Part shown: piece by piece, positions 45,052 through 57,760 of the stretch | Layout: every line of letters begins with the position of its first letter | Numbering within the stretch: the first letter of the stretch is position 1 | NCBI GenBank assembly: GCA_037447605.1 | Contig: CM074823.1 | Span: 372,001-436,000, forward strand | DNA from: Zygnema circumcarinatum SAG 698-1b | Lineage: Eukaryota > Plantae > Zygnematophyceae | DNA: 64,000 nt | Direction of reading: 5' to 3' | Notes under the pieces: generated by a model | The model's database searches: none | Seen by the model: only the letters and a program-made list of their open reading frames with translations | Told to the model about the DNA's origin: nothing | Translations under genes and position numbers: made by a program

Positions 45052-48000
45052 TGTTAGTGTTAGTGTATGATAGTTAGACATTGTATGGCACACACTAACT
45101 TGTTGTGGTACTCAGTTTGTAGAACATGAGATCTGCTAGGCGTAGTGCTCTTAGATTTAGTGATGTCGGTGCTCTGACTTTGGTGAGTGCGCCGCGAGTG
45201 CGCGGAGTACGAACGAGCGGCGCTGATTGGTCGCGGCGGTGACACAAGTAAGTGTAGATGCGAATCGCGCTTAACTTTGATTGGTGGCGGCCTTGATTAT
45301 AGAAATCTGGGGCCTTGGCGACTACGATTGATGCATACGGCAGGCCTTGGCCAACCGCCGAGGCGCCAAAGTTGCGGCCAGCGGAAGCGACATGGAAGAT
45401 ATTTGGCGGCCGGCAGATAAGCCCGCGTGGACCACTTTCAGCGATGTAGGTCAGCGAGTTGGGGAATATGCGGCGAGATATGGCGAAGACTGCGAAGGAA
45501 GCGGCCGCTGGCAACGGCGGCTATGCGCGGACCCGGATGTGCGATCCGACCAAGAACTAGATTAGAGCGCCTTGGGTTTCGGCGGCTAGGCCGAGTATTG
45601 CGAGTCGCCCGCACACTGGGGCTTCCAGTGCATGGGTTTGCAATGGCGGGCCAGCGGCGTGACATGTGTCACGTCTGCAGGGTGCAATGCAGATGGCGTG
45701 GTTTTAGCATGGGAAGTAATCCACCTCTGGCACTCTGTCGCAGTCACCGGGGTCTTTTCGAGAACACTTTCGTCTTGCTAAATTTCGCCTACACCCAGTA
45801 ATGGTATGAGTGAGTAAGAGGTTCTTGAGTGGTGGGGAGAACTTGTGTGGGAGAGAGGCGGTTTTATTATAAGGAGTTTTAGAGCCGTGAGCTTTCTCTA
45901 ACACTCATTGGCGTTTCCTTGTGCTTGTCTTTTAGCTTCATTCTGTTGTTATGGGCGATGAGTGAAGTAAGATAGAGCTTTGAGTGTTTGAATGTCTTCA
46001 TCCGTGGGAACTCAAGTTCCAATGGAGGGCGACACCCGAGGTGGCGCCGGAAGTGGGGAGCAGACCCCTGCTTCAACAAGTGGTATCAGAGCCCAAGGTG
46101 GCGAGGAGGACCACGTGAAGTTCAGCATCCCAGCGTTCGATGGTTCGGACTACAAGGGGTGGAGATGGCGGCTGGTTCCTTTGCTTGTGGGCAAGGGGTT
46201 TGTTGGGAATGCGTTAGCGGCACCAGTAAGGCACGGTGCAGCGGAGGAGCCACGGCCCGGGCGGCGGTCGGAGTTCGACCTGGCGCTCGCGGATGGAGGA
46301 CGGGACAACAAGGCCCTCACCCCGGTCGTCATGGCGTGAAGTCCTCTCTTCCATCTTTGTATGACCTTAAGACTTCACATGCTATGTGGAGATCCTTAAA
46401 AGGAGATGTATGGCGTAAAAGGAATAGCATGCTTGATAGTGGAAGCCTTTACAGCGACTTGGGAAAATAAGAAGATGTCCTAGGAAGAAGGCTGAGTGAA
46501 TATATGGTCAGATTTGATACTCTAATGGAGATTCATAAGCTATTTGCAAAACGTTAGAGGGAGACCATAAAATCAACCCGAGTTTCTGGGGGACTGCACG
46601 GCGATTCGATGTAGCAGTTAGGCTCTTGGGGCTGTTCTAACAAACACCGTGACCATGAGCAAATTGAAGCGGAGGATCGAGGAGGAGAACCTTGTCCAAG
46701 GCGTTGGAGGCACGAGGAGAAGGTGTTGGCGTTGCACTCGACAAGTTTGAAGGAAGTGCGCCGAGGAAGCGGGGCAGTGGGGAGCATACAGCGGGGGCGT
46801 GTTACACGTGCGGCAAGGCAGGGCCCATATAGGCCCGTACATTACGAACAAGAACACCCAAGATCGGGTGGGGGAGCATCGTCATCCCGGAGTCAGAAGG
46901 AATTCAAGGAATCACTTCAAGTAATGCAAGCGAGGCCACAAAACGCAGTGCGAGTGGCGGTGGGGAGCGGAAAATATCTCATCTTTGGCCGAACATTCGA
47001 TTTTGTTAGGAAGATCCCGAGTTCGCGGATACGGCGGCCATAGCTGATCGGCTACGGCGCTTCCCGCACGCACATGTGTGGCGACAACTGGCGAATGTTC
47101 TCTGGCCCGGACACCTTGAAGGACAGTCTGTTCACTTTCGGCAGCCCAGGAGAGGAGTAGCGGATTACAAAGGAGGTAGTAAAGATGATCCTAGGAGGCT
47201 CATCATCTCTGAGAAGAAGAAGAAAGAAGAAGCTGATTTGTGCATGGTGGCGTACTTCACACCACGATGCGAAAGCGAGAACTTCATGTCGATGCGTCAA
47301 GTATGTAAGAGAGTGCGAAGTCACCTTTGGGAGAATCTTGCGTAGGCTACTCACTTAGGTAGGGGAAGCATTTGTTTGAGAATACGAGAAGGGCCTATAT
47401 TACCTTCATTATAGGAGAGAAGAAGATACAGGGTGCTTGATGGCCGTGGCGAGGTCTGATAAATCTACGGCATACGTAGACTTGGTACATCTAAACCACG
47501 CAAAGGGGACTGCAGCGACTTCTTTGCAAAGGGGAGCTGGTCAGCCCGGAGTTGGAGCATTGACATAGTTGAGGAAAGGAGCTAGGCTTTGCAAAAGGTG
47601 TGTAGAGGGAAAGGCATGGGAGACCCTTTTTGAGGAGTGGAGAGTCATTCCGCGAGGGAGCTGGAGATGGTACATACCGATTTGTGGCCACAGTGACACC
47701 GGCAACAAGTGGAGGAGCTCGCTACTTCATCACCTTCCTTGATGATTTTTCGAGGAAAATTTGGGTGAAAATTCTCAAGTACAAGTCTGAAGCTTTCGGA
47801 GCTTTCAGAGATTGGCGACTCAGATGGAGCGAGAGAGCGGTCAGAAACTGAAGACGCTGCGCTCAGACAACGGAGGGGAATTCAAGTCGAAGGAGTTCGG
47901 CGGGTACTTGAAGGCTCGCGGAATAAGGCATGAATTTTCTGCTCCTTACTCTCCTCAAAGTAATGGAGCTGCTGATAGGGTCAATAGGACGCTGGGGAAC

Positions 48001-51000
48001 ATGGCACGAACCATGCTGATGGAGTCCCCCTTCCCGGCATCTTGTTGGGGAGAGGCGGTGATGACCGCAACTTACCTTAGAAATAGATGCCATCTTACCA
48101 TTAGCAGGATCCCGGGTTCACGAGAAGAGGTGTGGAGTGGGAGAGCCCACGGTGTCAGCAGAAGACCTTTGGAAGCGGCTAATGGCAGTGCGGCAGTCAG
48201 AAAGCGAAGCGAGAAGAGAATTTCGACCCCCGAGCATTGGAAGGTACCTTCACCGGCTAGCATGAGCGATCCGCACCCTCACAGGGTGTGGAACCCTCGA
48301 GCAAGCGAAGTCACGAGCTTCGAGGCGTTACGATGGATGAGAAGGGGTGACTCGAATTTGGGTGAGACCCGCACCCCAAAGGCGAGTTTGGAAATTGTGT
48401 CTGCGAGGATGTGGAGACCAGCGAGAGGGCATGGGCGCCTCGGGGTCCGGCTTGGAGGAGGAGATGACCGCGCCCGAGGCGAGGGAGGCGAGGCGGGAAG
48501 CAGCCCGAGCGTGGGCGGTGGGGATTGAGCCGAGGCCTGGCGGGGGCGCGGCGATCCCAGCGAGGAGGCGGCACCACTACACACTCACGTCGGCAGGGGA
48601 GAACTTCGGCAGCTACCTTTGCATGGGCGAGGATGCGAGGATTTGGAGGCGAGGCGAGAAGAGGCTATGTTGTCGAGCGCATGCCTCGGGTTTGTCCCGA
48701 GGGATTTTCTTCAACTGCGAGGAGCGGGCGCCAGGACCTCGGAGGAGGAGCACCCGTGTGGTGAGGAGGCCACTGATCACCTCACAGACGCCAGCGGACT
48801 AACCTGATGCAGGGAAGAGTGCCTACGGTTTCAGCCCGGACCTCGCGGGGGCTGCCTTGTTCATGATCACTTAGAACGCCAAACCTTTGAGGGAGGCGCC
48901 TGGCCGGGGTGGAGTGGAGAGAAGTGGCAGCGGCGGTCGACACAGTGGGGCCAGTTCTTAGAAGCGTGCGTGGCGACTTGAGGAGGCTGCCCAGGAAGGA
49001 GACCATTGGATGCAGAGTGGGTGTTCAAGGAATGAAGCGGACGGGGCGTCGGCAGATTACAAGGCGCGTCGGTAGCAAGGGCTTCCAGCCAGGCGTACGG
49101 AATCGACTACGGGAGGGCCTTCGCCCGTGGTGAAGTTAACTCCCTCGGGCGTTGCCTATCTCGATGCGGTAGGGGATGCGTACATCAACTTGTCTCGAGC
49201 TGGCGTTTACATGCGGAGATCTGGCGGAGATCTACATGAGAGTACGGCCGAAGAAGTTGTCAGGCGGGAGCATCTCGTTTGTGCGTCTTGTATGAAAAGG
49301 ATTTTATGCAATTTGAAGCGGCCTAGGATTTGAATGCGAGAAGAAATTGATGACCTCTTGAGGAGTAACGGATTTGCGCGATTCGAGACAGATCATTCCG
49401 TCTATCGACAAGGGGAAGAGGCGGATCTCATGTACGTTGGGATCTCACATTAAGACGACCTCCTTAATGGTGAGCCTCTCGTGGAAGAATCAATGATTTG
49501 AAGCGACTTTTGGAAGCTAACTTCCAAAATGTCGGATCTAGGGGAGGCACAGTATCTCCTAGGAATGCAGTTGAAGAGGGGGCAAGACGGCAGCTTATTT
49601 CTTTGTCAGAAGAAGTACGCCGCAGATGTACTTGCCAGGTTCAAAATGGAGGAGTGCGTCCTTGCTCGAGTCCGGTGGAAGTCGGAGCATGATGTCGAAG
49701 ATATGATGCTGCGGCAGTCTGGAGATACGAGGAAAGAATATGCAATTACCCGTCTGAATCGTATCGGGGAGTTTAATATGTCGATGATAGAGTACTGCAA
49801 ATCGACTTGGCAAAAGCTTAGGCTGACTGCGACCGGTCCGGTTCATGGAGAATCCGGTCCACGAACATTGGGAAGCGAGTGAAAGCGGATCTTGAGATTG
49901 AAAGGACCTTGGATTCTGACCTCAGTTTGAGAGGGGCGACTAAATTGTCCGGATACACCGACTTCCAGTTAAGGAGGTGGCGTGGACACGCGTCACGATC
50001 GGCGTCGGAATTTGTGTTCTGAGCGGAGGAAGTAGCGTCTCATGGAGCTTCCGAAGTTACAAGATTGGTGGCGGCCGAACACCGAAGGAAGTACATGGGG
50101 CGTGCTGCCTTGGCGAAAGGAGGGATGTGGTTCCAACATTTCTTTGATGAATGTAAGCGACCACAGAAGCACCATTGACTCTTTTACGGTGAGCGGTCAT
50201 CTGGACTCTTATGGAAAACCACAGTATTGTTCCATAAAGAACCAAAAGCACATTGAGATTGCAAATATCATTATGTGCGAGAGTTGGTAGAGGAAGGGAT
50301 GATAGTGGTGAGGATTTGTAGGAACAAAAGCGGGGCCCTGCGGACATGATGACTAAAAAGGGGTGTGGGGAGACACTACTAGTGAGCAGCGAGGTTGATT
50401 GGGCTAGGGCCCATGAGGCTTGAGTCCCAAGAAGGGATTGTTGAGTGTTGGTGTATGATAGTTAGACATTGTATGGCCTGCACTAACTTGTTGTGGTACC
50501 GATTTGTAGAACACATAGAGATCACGCTGGGCGTAGTGCTCTTAGATTTAGTGATGTGATTGCTCGACTTTGGTGAGTGTCTTGGCAGTACTTGTAGTCT
50601 GAGCGGCGTGATTCTTCATGGCGGTGACACAAGTAAGTGGAATGCAGATCGCCTTTGTTGATTGATCGAGGCCTTGGCCTTGGTGATTCGCGAAATACGG
50701 ACGCGAGCGACTACGATTGGTAGCGGCTTAGCGGCCTTGGCCTTGAAAAGCGCAAAGTTCTTGGCCTTGAGCTTGACATGGAAGATATTTAGCGGCGAAC
50801 GGAATGCGCCCGCGTGGACCACTCGCGATGTAGGTCAGCGAGTTCGAGACTCACGGCCGAGATATGTGGCGGCGAAGAAGACTTGGCGAAAGCGGCGAAA
50901 CTGTACGGACGGATATGCGATCCGACACTACGCGAAACTAGGTGCGGCGCCCAGCGGGCCAGGATTTCTGGCGGCTAGCTGGTCGGTATTCACGAGTCGC

Positions 51001-51485
51001 CCCTTTCCGGACGATTTCGGTGCGTAATGGGTTTGCAATGGCCGGACCCAGCGGCGTGACATGTGTGTCGCGTCGCGGACCTCATATTATCTAGTCTTGA
51101 TAGTTTTACTATGGGAAGTAATCACCTACACTACTCTACATCATAGTCTGGTCTTGCACCGGAGGCTTTGCTGTGCTGCTAAGAACGCCTACACTTGTAT
51201 GCGTGAGTAGTGAGTAGAGGGACCTTGAAGTGGTGGGAGAACTTCATTGTGGGAAAAGGCATGATTTTATTATAAGGAGTTTTAGAAGTGAGCTTTCTCC
51301 TAACACTCTCTCATTGTGATTTCCGCTGTGCTTGTCTTTTAGCTTCATTCTGTTGTTATGGGCGATGAGTGAAGTAAGATAGAGCTTTGAGTGTTTGAAT
51401 GTCTTCATCCGTGGGAACTCAAGTTCCAATGGAGGGCGACACCCGAGGTGGCGCCGGAAGTGGGGAGCAGACCCCTGCTTCAACA
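45052..51485 (+). mobile_element. Full-length copia A1 nested in E gag; LTRs 45052-46078 and 50439-51485; TSD CGGAG
   Basis: CGGAG|TGTTAG...TTCAACA|CGGAG. PBS at 46081, PPT ..GAAGGGAT before 50439. Interior riddled with indels. Confidence 0.95.
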
Positions 51486-52897
51486 CGGAGGAGAGCACGA
51501 TCAAAGGGACGAAGAGGTCCACCTCGGAGGACGTGATGGCGATCGACCAGCGGAGGCCTCAGAAGAACAGTGGAGCGCCGGCACGACTTTGCAACTTTTG
51601 CAAACGCAAAGGTCACCTTGAAGCCGAATGTCGAACCAAGAAGGCTGCCCAGGGCAACGCACCGACCCCGAGCGCACCCAAGAAGGACGGCAAAGGCAAA
51701 GGCAAGGAGATCATCTGCTACAAGTGCGAACAGCCGGGACACATGGCGCGGAATTGCACGGCAGATGTAGCCGCCCAGATGAGCGCGAGTCTGTCGACTA
51801 GTGAAGCCAAGCACGCAGCATTTGTAAATCAACTTTCAGTTAATGAAATTGACTATTCTGATTATTTGCCGTGGCTTATAGACTCAGGTGCTTCTAAGCA
51901 CATGTGCAGCGACACGTCTCTATTTTCTCACATGCAGACGCTGGATGAGTCACGAGCGGTGACGTCAGCCACGGGAGACCAGATCGCTGTCACACAAGGA
52001 GGTGTAGTCCAGCTGTCACCACGCGGTGAAGGAACAGCTTCCCAAATCAGGATTGGTAGCGTATTGCACACCCCAACCCTTAGAAATAACTTCTTTTCGG
52101 TTAGTCAGATCTGCGGGAGCGGATATGAGGGGATATTTAGGCAGAATACCTGCAAAATAGTGCATAGAAAAACCAGAAAAATCCTGTGTCGAGGGACCCA
52201 GCGGGGAGGGCTCTACTACCTAGACTGGAAACCGGTAAAACGGGAATTAGTCGCATCCGCGCGAGCTGAAGGCAGCAAGCGCGATGGGGGAGTCTCGGTG
52301 GCCGCTTCCGATAGCACGCCCCGAACTCTCAACTCTGTGAACGGTTCAAAAAACTACGAGCAGGGATTGACCGCAACTGTCCTGGGGAGCGATTGCGACA
52401 ATGGCGAGTCTGAACCGTGCACTCCACGCAGTGCAGCCAGCGACCATGGGCCAGCCCACAAAGACGACGGGAGCGGCCATTTTCGACGAGCGAGGGAAGT
52501 TCCGACGGGAACTTGCGAAATCGAAACCACGAGCGTCACCGACAAAGTGAGTGACGAGAACACCCGCGCTAACTGTACGGACAGTATACGCGCGAAGACG
52601 GCTAAGTCCGGGGGCCCCAATTTTGGTCGGCGCCCCGCACCTTTACGCCGTGACGTGACAAATCGACGAATGTTCGCGGCCCCGGGCGGCGCGCGAAATT
52701 CTACTCAGGCGAGTAAGGAGTCAGCATTCAATGGGGGACTCGAGTCCGTACACGCGGCCTCCGATTCAGCCCGACTGTGGCACCGTCGACTTGGGCACCT
52801 GTCGTACAGTGGTTTGGAGACCCTTATACCTCTCGAGCTCGCCCCAGGTTTTCCCTCACGACTAAAACGGAGAGAAGTCTGCCCGACCGCGCCGTAG
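51486..52897 (+). CDS. pol: Copia E Gag C-terminus (two knuckles), protease, long insert, GAG-pre-integrase
   Basis: CNFCKRKGHLEAEC, CYKCEQPGHMARNC, WLIDSGASKHMC, GGLYYL, ~183-aa insert, LWHRRLGH. Confidence 0.85.
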
Positions 52898-55800
52898 GCA
52901 AGACCCATCGCCACCCCCCTTCATTTGACCCACGGGCGCCGGAGACGTTCACAACACGAGGTGTTGGAGCCGCTCACAATGACCGTGGACCGACTACCCA
53001 GACGAAGGGAGTGATCGCAGGTACTTCATCACATTCCTTGATGACTACTCAAGGAAGATCTGGGTTGCGCTATTGAAGCACAAGAGCGAGGCATTCAACA
53101 CCTTTCGTACTTGGCAGATAGAGGTAGAAAGGCAGTCCGGCGAGAGGATTCAGAGATTCCGGACGGATAATGGGGGAGAATATAAATCCCTCCAATTCTC
53201 TGAATATCTCAAGTCCCTTGGGATCCGACACGAGTTCACGGCCCCGTACAGCCCACAGAGCAACGGAGCAGCGGAGAGAGTGAACCGTACCCTCGGCGAC
53301 ATGACACACGGTCGATGTTAAGTGAGTCACCCTTCTCTTTAAATTTTTGGGAGAAGCCATCCTCACGGCGGCCTATATCCGGAACAGATGTCCCTCCAGC
53401 GCCCTGAAGGATCACAGGAAAGTACCGGAGGAGATGTGGAGTGGGAGGAAGCCCACGATTCAGCACTTACGAGTATTCGGCTCGCCATGCTGGATAGCGA
53501 TTCCAAAGAGCAAGCAGACGACGAAGTTCAGCCCGAGAGGAGAATTCGGCTACTTCCTTGGCTACAACGCCGACAGTTTGACTTATCGCATCTGGAATCC
53601 GTCCACAGAGAAGGTCCTGACAAGTCGCGACCTTACCGTTGAGGAAACCCGCAAGGAGACGCAGCACGCGCGGACTCGAGTGGAGCCGCTCCCGACCATA
53701 GAATTTCTCCCAGTGAGGGATATTCTGGGAGGTGAGGATTCACCTCACCAGCCGCCCTTCCCTCAATCTAACGACCAAAAACCCTACCTGGCGCTCGTGC
53801 GTCACAGCCTAATGCGGAGGAGAGGCCTCTTCGTGAGTGAAGCGGCCCTAATCGGGCATTCCCCGAGGAACAGCCCGGCGACAACCTGTCCGGGATCTCT
53901 TGACAACGCATCAAGACATCATCAAGATGAAGCGAGGAGCCCTACCGCGCGCAGTACAACCCAAATGGGTACCGCGGCATGGGATGGACCCACCCCTGTA
54001 TGCCAACGCGAAGGGGTTTACACCCAACTACGGGACAAAACCACCTTGGAGGCCCAGGAACAAGCCTGTGAAATACGGGGATTTCGGTCCAAGGAACCCA
54101 TGGACTCAGAGGGGGAAGAGGCCGAGGGGAAACCCAGAAAAGGTACCCCTTGACTCAGCCGACTTCACAGGAATGGCACTTTGCCTTATGGCACATTTCG
54201 AGGAGCCGCCTACCTATTCCGACGCATTGGATGGAGCGGACGCAGCGAAGTGGAGAGTCGCCATAGATAGCGAGCTGAATAGTCTTAAGGAGAATGGGAC
54301 ATGGCGGCTAGAGGAGCTGCCCCCAGGACGCAAGGCAATCGGCTGCAAGTGGGTGTTTAAAGTCAAACGGAAATCAGATGGGAGTGTAGATAGGTTCAAG
54401 GCACGGCTAGTGGCGAAAGGTTTCGCGCAGAAATTCGGAATTGATTATTCTGAAACCTTTGCACCCGTAGTCAAGTTCAACTCACTGCGCGCATTGATTT
54501 CGATCGCGGCGGACGAAGGGATGCACGTCCACCAGCTGGACATCAAAACGGCATTTCTTTATGGAGATCTCAAGGAGGAGATCTACATGCAGCAACCGGA
54601 GGGAACGGTTGAACCAGGAGCAGAGCACCTCGTCTGCAGTCTTGTCAAGAGCCTATACGGGCTGAAATAAGCGCCGAGAATTTGGTACCAGAAAATCCAC
54701 GAACTGCTCATCAAGAATGGCTTCACGCGCTTCAACGCCGACCACTCGGTGTACACGCAAGGGGAGGGAGACGCACAGATGTTCGTAGGTATCTACGTAG
54801 ATGACCTCATCATTGTGAGTTCCTCCATGAAGAGCATTCAGGGTCTCAAGGACCTTCTAAAGCAGAATTTTCAGATGTCAGATCTCGGCCCTGCGGAATA
54901 CCTTCTCGGCATCCAGCTTAAGAGGGGGAGAGACGGAAGCTTGTTCCTCTGCCAGGAGAAGTACGCCAAGGAAGTCTTGGCGAAGTTCAACATGGACAAA
55001 TGTTCACCATGCTCCACTCCCATGGACGGCAGCGCGGAGCTCAGCCGGGACATGAGCCCTCAGACGGAGGCGGAGGCGCGGGAGATGGCGAGTACTCCGT
55101 ACAGGTCTGCCATCGGCAGCCTAATGTACCTTATGGTGGGAACGCGCCCGGATCTGGCGAAAGCAGTCAGTACGGCTTCCAGGTACATGGAGAATCCAGG
55201 GGCTAAGCATTGGGAGGCAGTCAAGAGAATCTTTCGATATCTAAAAGGGACGTCCCATTATGGACTACGGTTCGAGAGGGGGCGCGGCAGTTCCGTGTTC
55301 GGATACACGGATGCAGATTGGGGAGGAGATCCAGATACGGCGAAGTCCACTTCAGGATACGCGTATCTGAACGCGGGAGGAGTCATCTCGTGGAGTTCAA
55401 AATTACAGGATACGGTCGCTCTGTCGAGTACCGAAGCAGAATACGTGGCCGCATGTCACGCTGCCAGAGAGGCGGTCTGGCTGGCATTATTCTTCGAGGA
55501 GTGTGGAAGACCACAGATTCCCTTACATATCCTGACNNNNNNNNNNAGCTTAGTCGTAGGAAGTATATAGAGGGCAGCATTCCTCAGAGTTAATAACCTT
55601 ATACCACATGCCAATGGGGGTGTGTAGCGAGCTGAGGCCGAGCCTGTAGTTAAGGAGAGGAGTAGTGCTGCCAGTCTTGGGAAAGAGGAAGTGGGGTAGT
55701 GCAAGCTGCATTAAGAAGCCAGGGGCTGCTTGAATCTGTTGTACTTCACCTCCAAAGAAAATCAGAGTTTTATGCCCGGTGGGGCTTTCTCTATCTTGAC

Positions 55801-56052
55801 GTCTCTTGTCTTGCATCTGTCTTGAGCTTTCCTTTCGCGAACAGCTGCTGCGAAGATGTCTACGACTCAAGAGCCGAGTGGAGGCGACTCTGTCGAGGGT
55901 GGTTCCACCATGGAATTACCAACAGAAACTACGAGCTGCCTTTACTACCCCACACACGTGAACGAGGGCGTTCACATCCTCACAGGGGGGGAGTAATGTA
56001 GCGAAACGCTACAGTCACCCACGGGAGGTGTACTTAGGGCGCNNNNNNNNNN

Positions 56053-56363
56053 TAAGGGGTGGAAGTGGCGTATGACTTACTTGCTCCAAGGGAAAGGTCT
56101 GTTCGGCCACGTGACTGGCAGCATAAAGATGCCGAATGCGCAGACAAACCCGGAGGACCACGCCCGGTGGTTGGTGAAGGACAACAAAGCACTCACGCAG
56201 ATAGCTATGAGTGTGAAGGGGAGTCCGACCAGCATGCTTTACGACTTGACCAGCTCTCATGAGGTTTGGAAGTGTCTAGAGGAGATGTATGACACTAGGG
56301 ACAGTGTCACCATCGTTCATTTGTACACAGAGTTAGGAAAAATGAAGATGTCCTCTGATGAGA
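56053..56363 (+). mobile_element. gag: Copia D gag N-terminal part (5' half of the element whose 3' half is at 17588-21525)
   Basis: ..LYDLTSSHEVWKCLEEMY..LGKMKMSSDE| continues as |EKLVDYMTRF at 21525 (minus) once the TGAGA TSD is collapsed. Confidence 0.85.
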
Positions 56364-57760
56364 TGTAGCGTAACGCTACAGCGTGACCCTGGAGGCGTAC
56401 TCATAGTGATACTATGACTATCCCTTCATCTCAGCGCCTAGCGGATAGGTTAGGACGCTGCCAAGACTGCAGGAGGTCTTGGGCTCGATCCTTGTGGCGG
56501 GCAAAGGATCTCTTTTGGATCGTGCAGGTCGGCCGTACGGATCGTACGGCCACACACCGACATATACACGGATCCAGCGGCGGTCTGACAGCGCGCCCTG
56601 CGTCGGCCTTTGCCGCTTACCCGGCAGCGACCAGCGAGATCGCGGTGGCATCTTTGTAAATACCGATAAGCACAATGCGGGCCGGGCGGCGGTCGACTCT
56701 GTCACGGACCCACAGCGTCGCCGCCGCACTACGGCATCGCTGACGCGCCCGTGAGATCTTGGCCGAGACCCGCGGGCTTGTCCTTAGCGATAACTCGGCT
56801 AAGGATCTCCGCCACGCGGCGGGCTTTGATTGGGCAGTCCCGCTCCCGGTCCCCCATGCTGGTAGGGGTTTCAACGAGGGGAGCATAAGAGGGCTGCGCC
56901 CGGATGGGAGACCATCCGAGCTCTTTGTACCAGCATTGAGCTCACGCTCTTCTCTCCCTCTCCTCCTCTCTTTGGCACTTAGACGTTCAGAGCAGCCTGC
57001 CAGGGGGCGGGTTGTTACAGTGGTATCAGAGCCGAGTTTAGAAACTCGGGACTTCCCTTTATTATGCTGTGAAAACGCCTCCGGCCAGCGGAATAACACA
57101 CGGCACCGAGTCTGGCGAGGGCGAGTAAGTGAAGAGAGAGCTTCGAGGAGTAGAGCAGCTAATTGAGGGTACAACGTATCTTGACACGTTGGTTGGTGGC
57201 AGCGGTCTGCGCCTACGCTTGCCCGTTGAACCTCTACCAGCATGGAGGATTGGAAACAGGGCTGTCAATGGCGAACTTGCCATTAATGTCGCTCTCGACT
57301 TTCGAATGGGTCAAAGGTGGCCTGCTTGTCACGAACGCTCACCGCATTCGCTGGCGCGGCGGCGCGCCGCCGTCGTCGGTCTGCGGTCGGATCCCTACAG
57401 CGGCGGCGGCCCGGCGGTACGACTGACCGGTAATCGGTACCAGCGGTAACCACGTGGTAATGCCGGACGGCGGTTGCGTTCCAAAACGTAAGGAAGATGT
57501 GGTGAGTTCCGTGATCTCGACCACATCGGCCCTTTATATATGTCTGTTATACGCGCCGCGCCGAACCCTTGCAACCTTAGCAAAGGCCGATCCCCGAGAC
57601 CCCTCTGGTCACTAGAGTAGTCCCAGCGCCTTAGCCACTAAAGCGCCGAAGTGAAAGTACCGGGGCGAGGGAGGCGGCGCCACAAGTACACCTCAGGTGG
57701 GTATTTGTGGCGTTTACATTACGCACTTTGGAGTGGGAACTGACAAGCTCACGCTGAAAG

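Larger units (their letters stand above)
43615..55924 (+). mobile_element. Ty1/copia family E nested in the G1 3' UTR; LTRs 43615-44473 and (partial) 55547-55924; TSD GAAAC
   Basis: GAAAC|TGTTG...TTACCAACA|GAAAC. PBS TGGTATCAGAGC at 44476. Gag is split by A1. PR WLIDSGASKHMC; RT 53900-55536 with a single CAA>TAA stop (GLK*APR). Confidence 0.93.
38334..56042 (+). mobile_element. Ty3/gypsy chromovirus G1 (gag, pol, chromodomain, 3' UTR split by copia E, PPT, 3' LTR start at 55997)
   Basis: Gag 38700-39451; RT/RNase H ORF 40083-41810 (LRMCIDYRALN, YLDDILVFS, CDASG); integrase 42029-42839; chromodomain 43086-43490; PPT AGGGGGGGAGTAA then TGTAGCG. Confidence 0.92.

Noticed and set aside
46079-50438. 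Heavy frameshifting in A1, B and G3 read as great age or RIP-like mutation
   Set aside because: A1 has a perfect TSD and near-identical LTR ends but scrambled LTR middles. The same is true of the G2 5' LTR at 56520-56760. Patchy indel noise points to unpolished long-read sequence.
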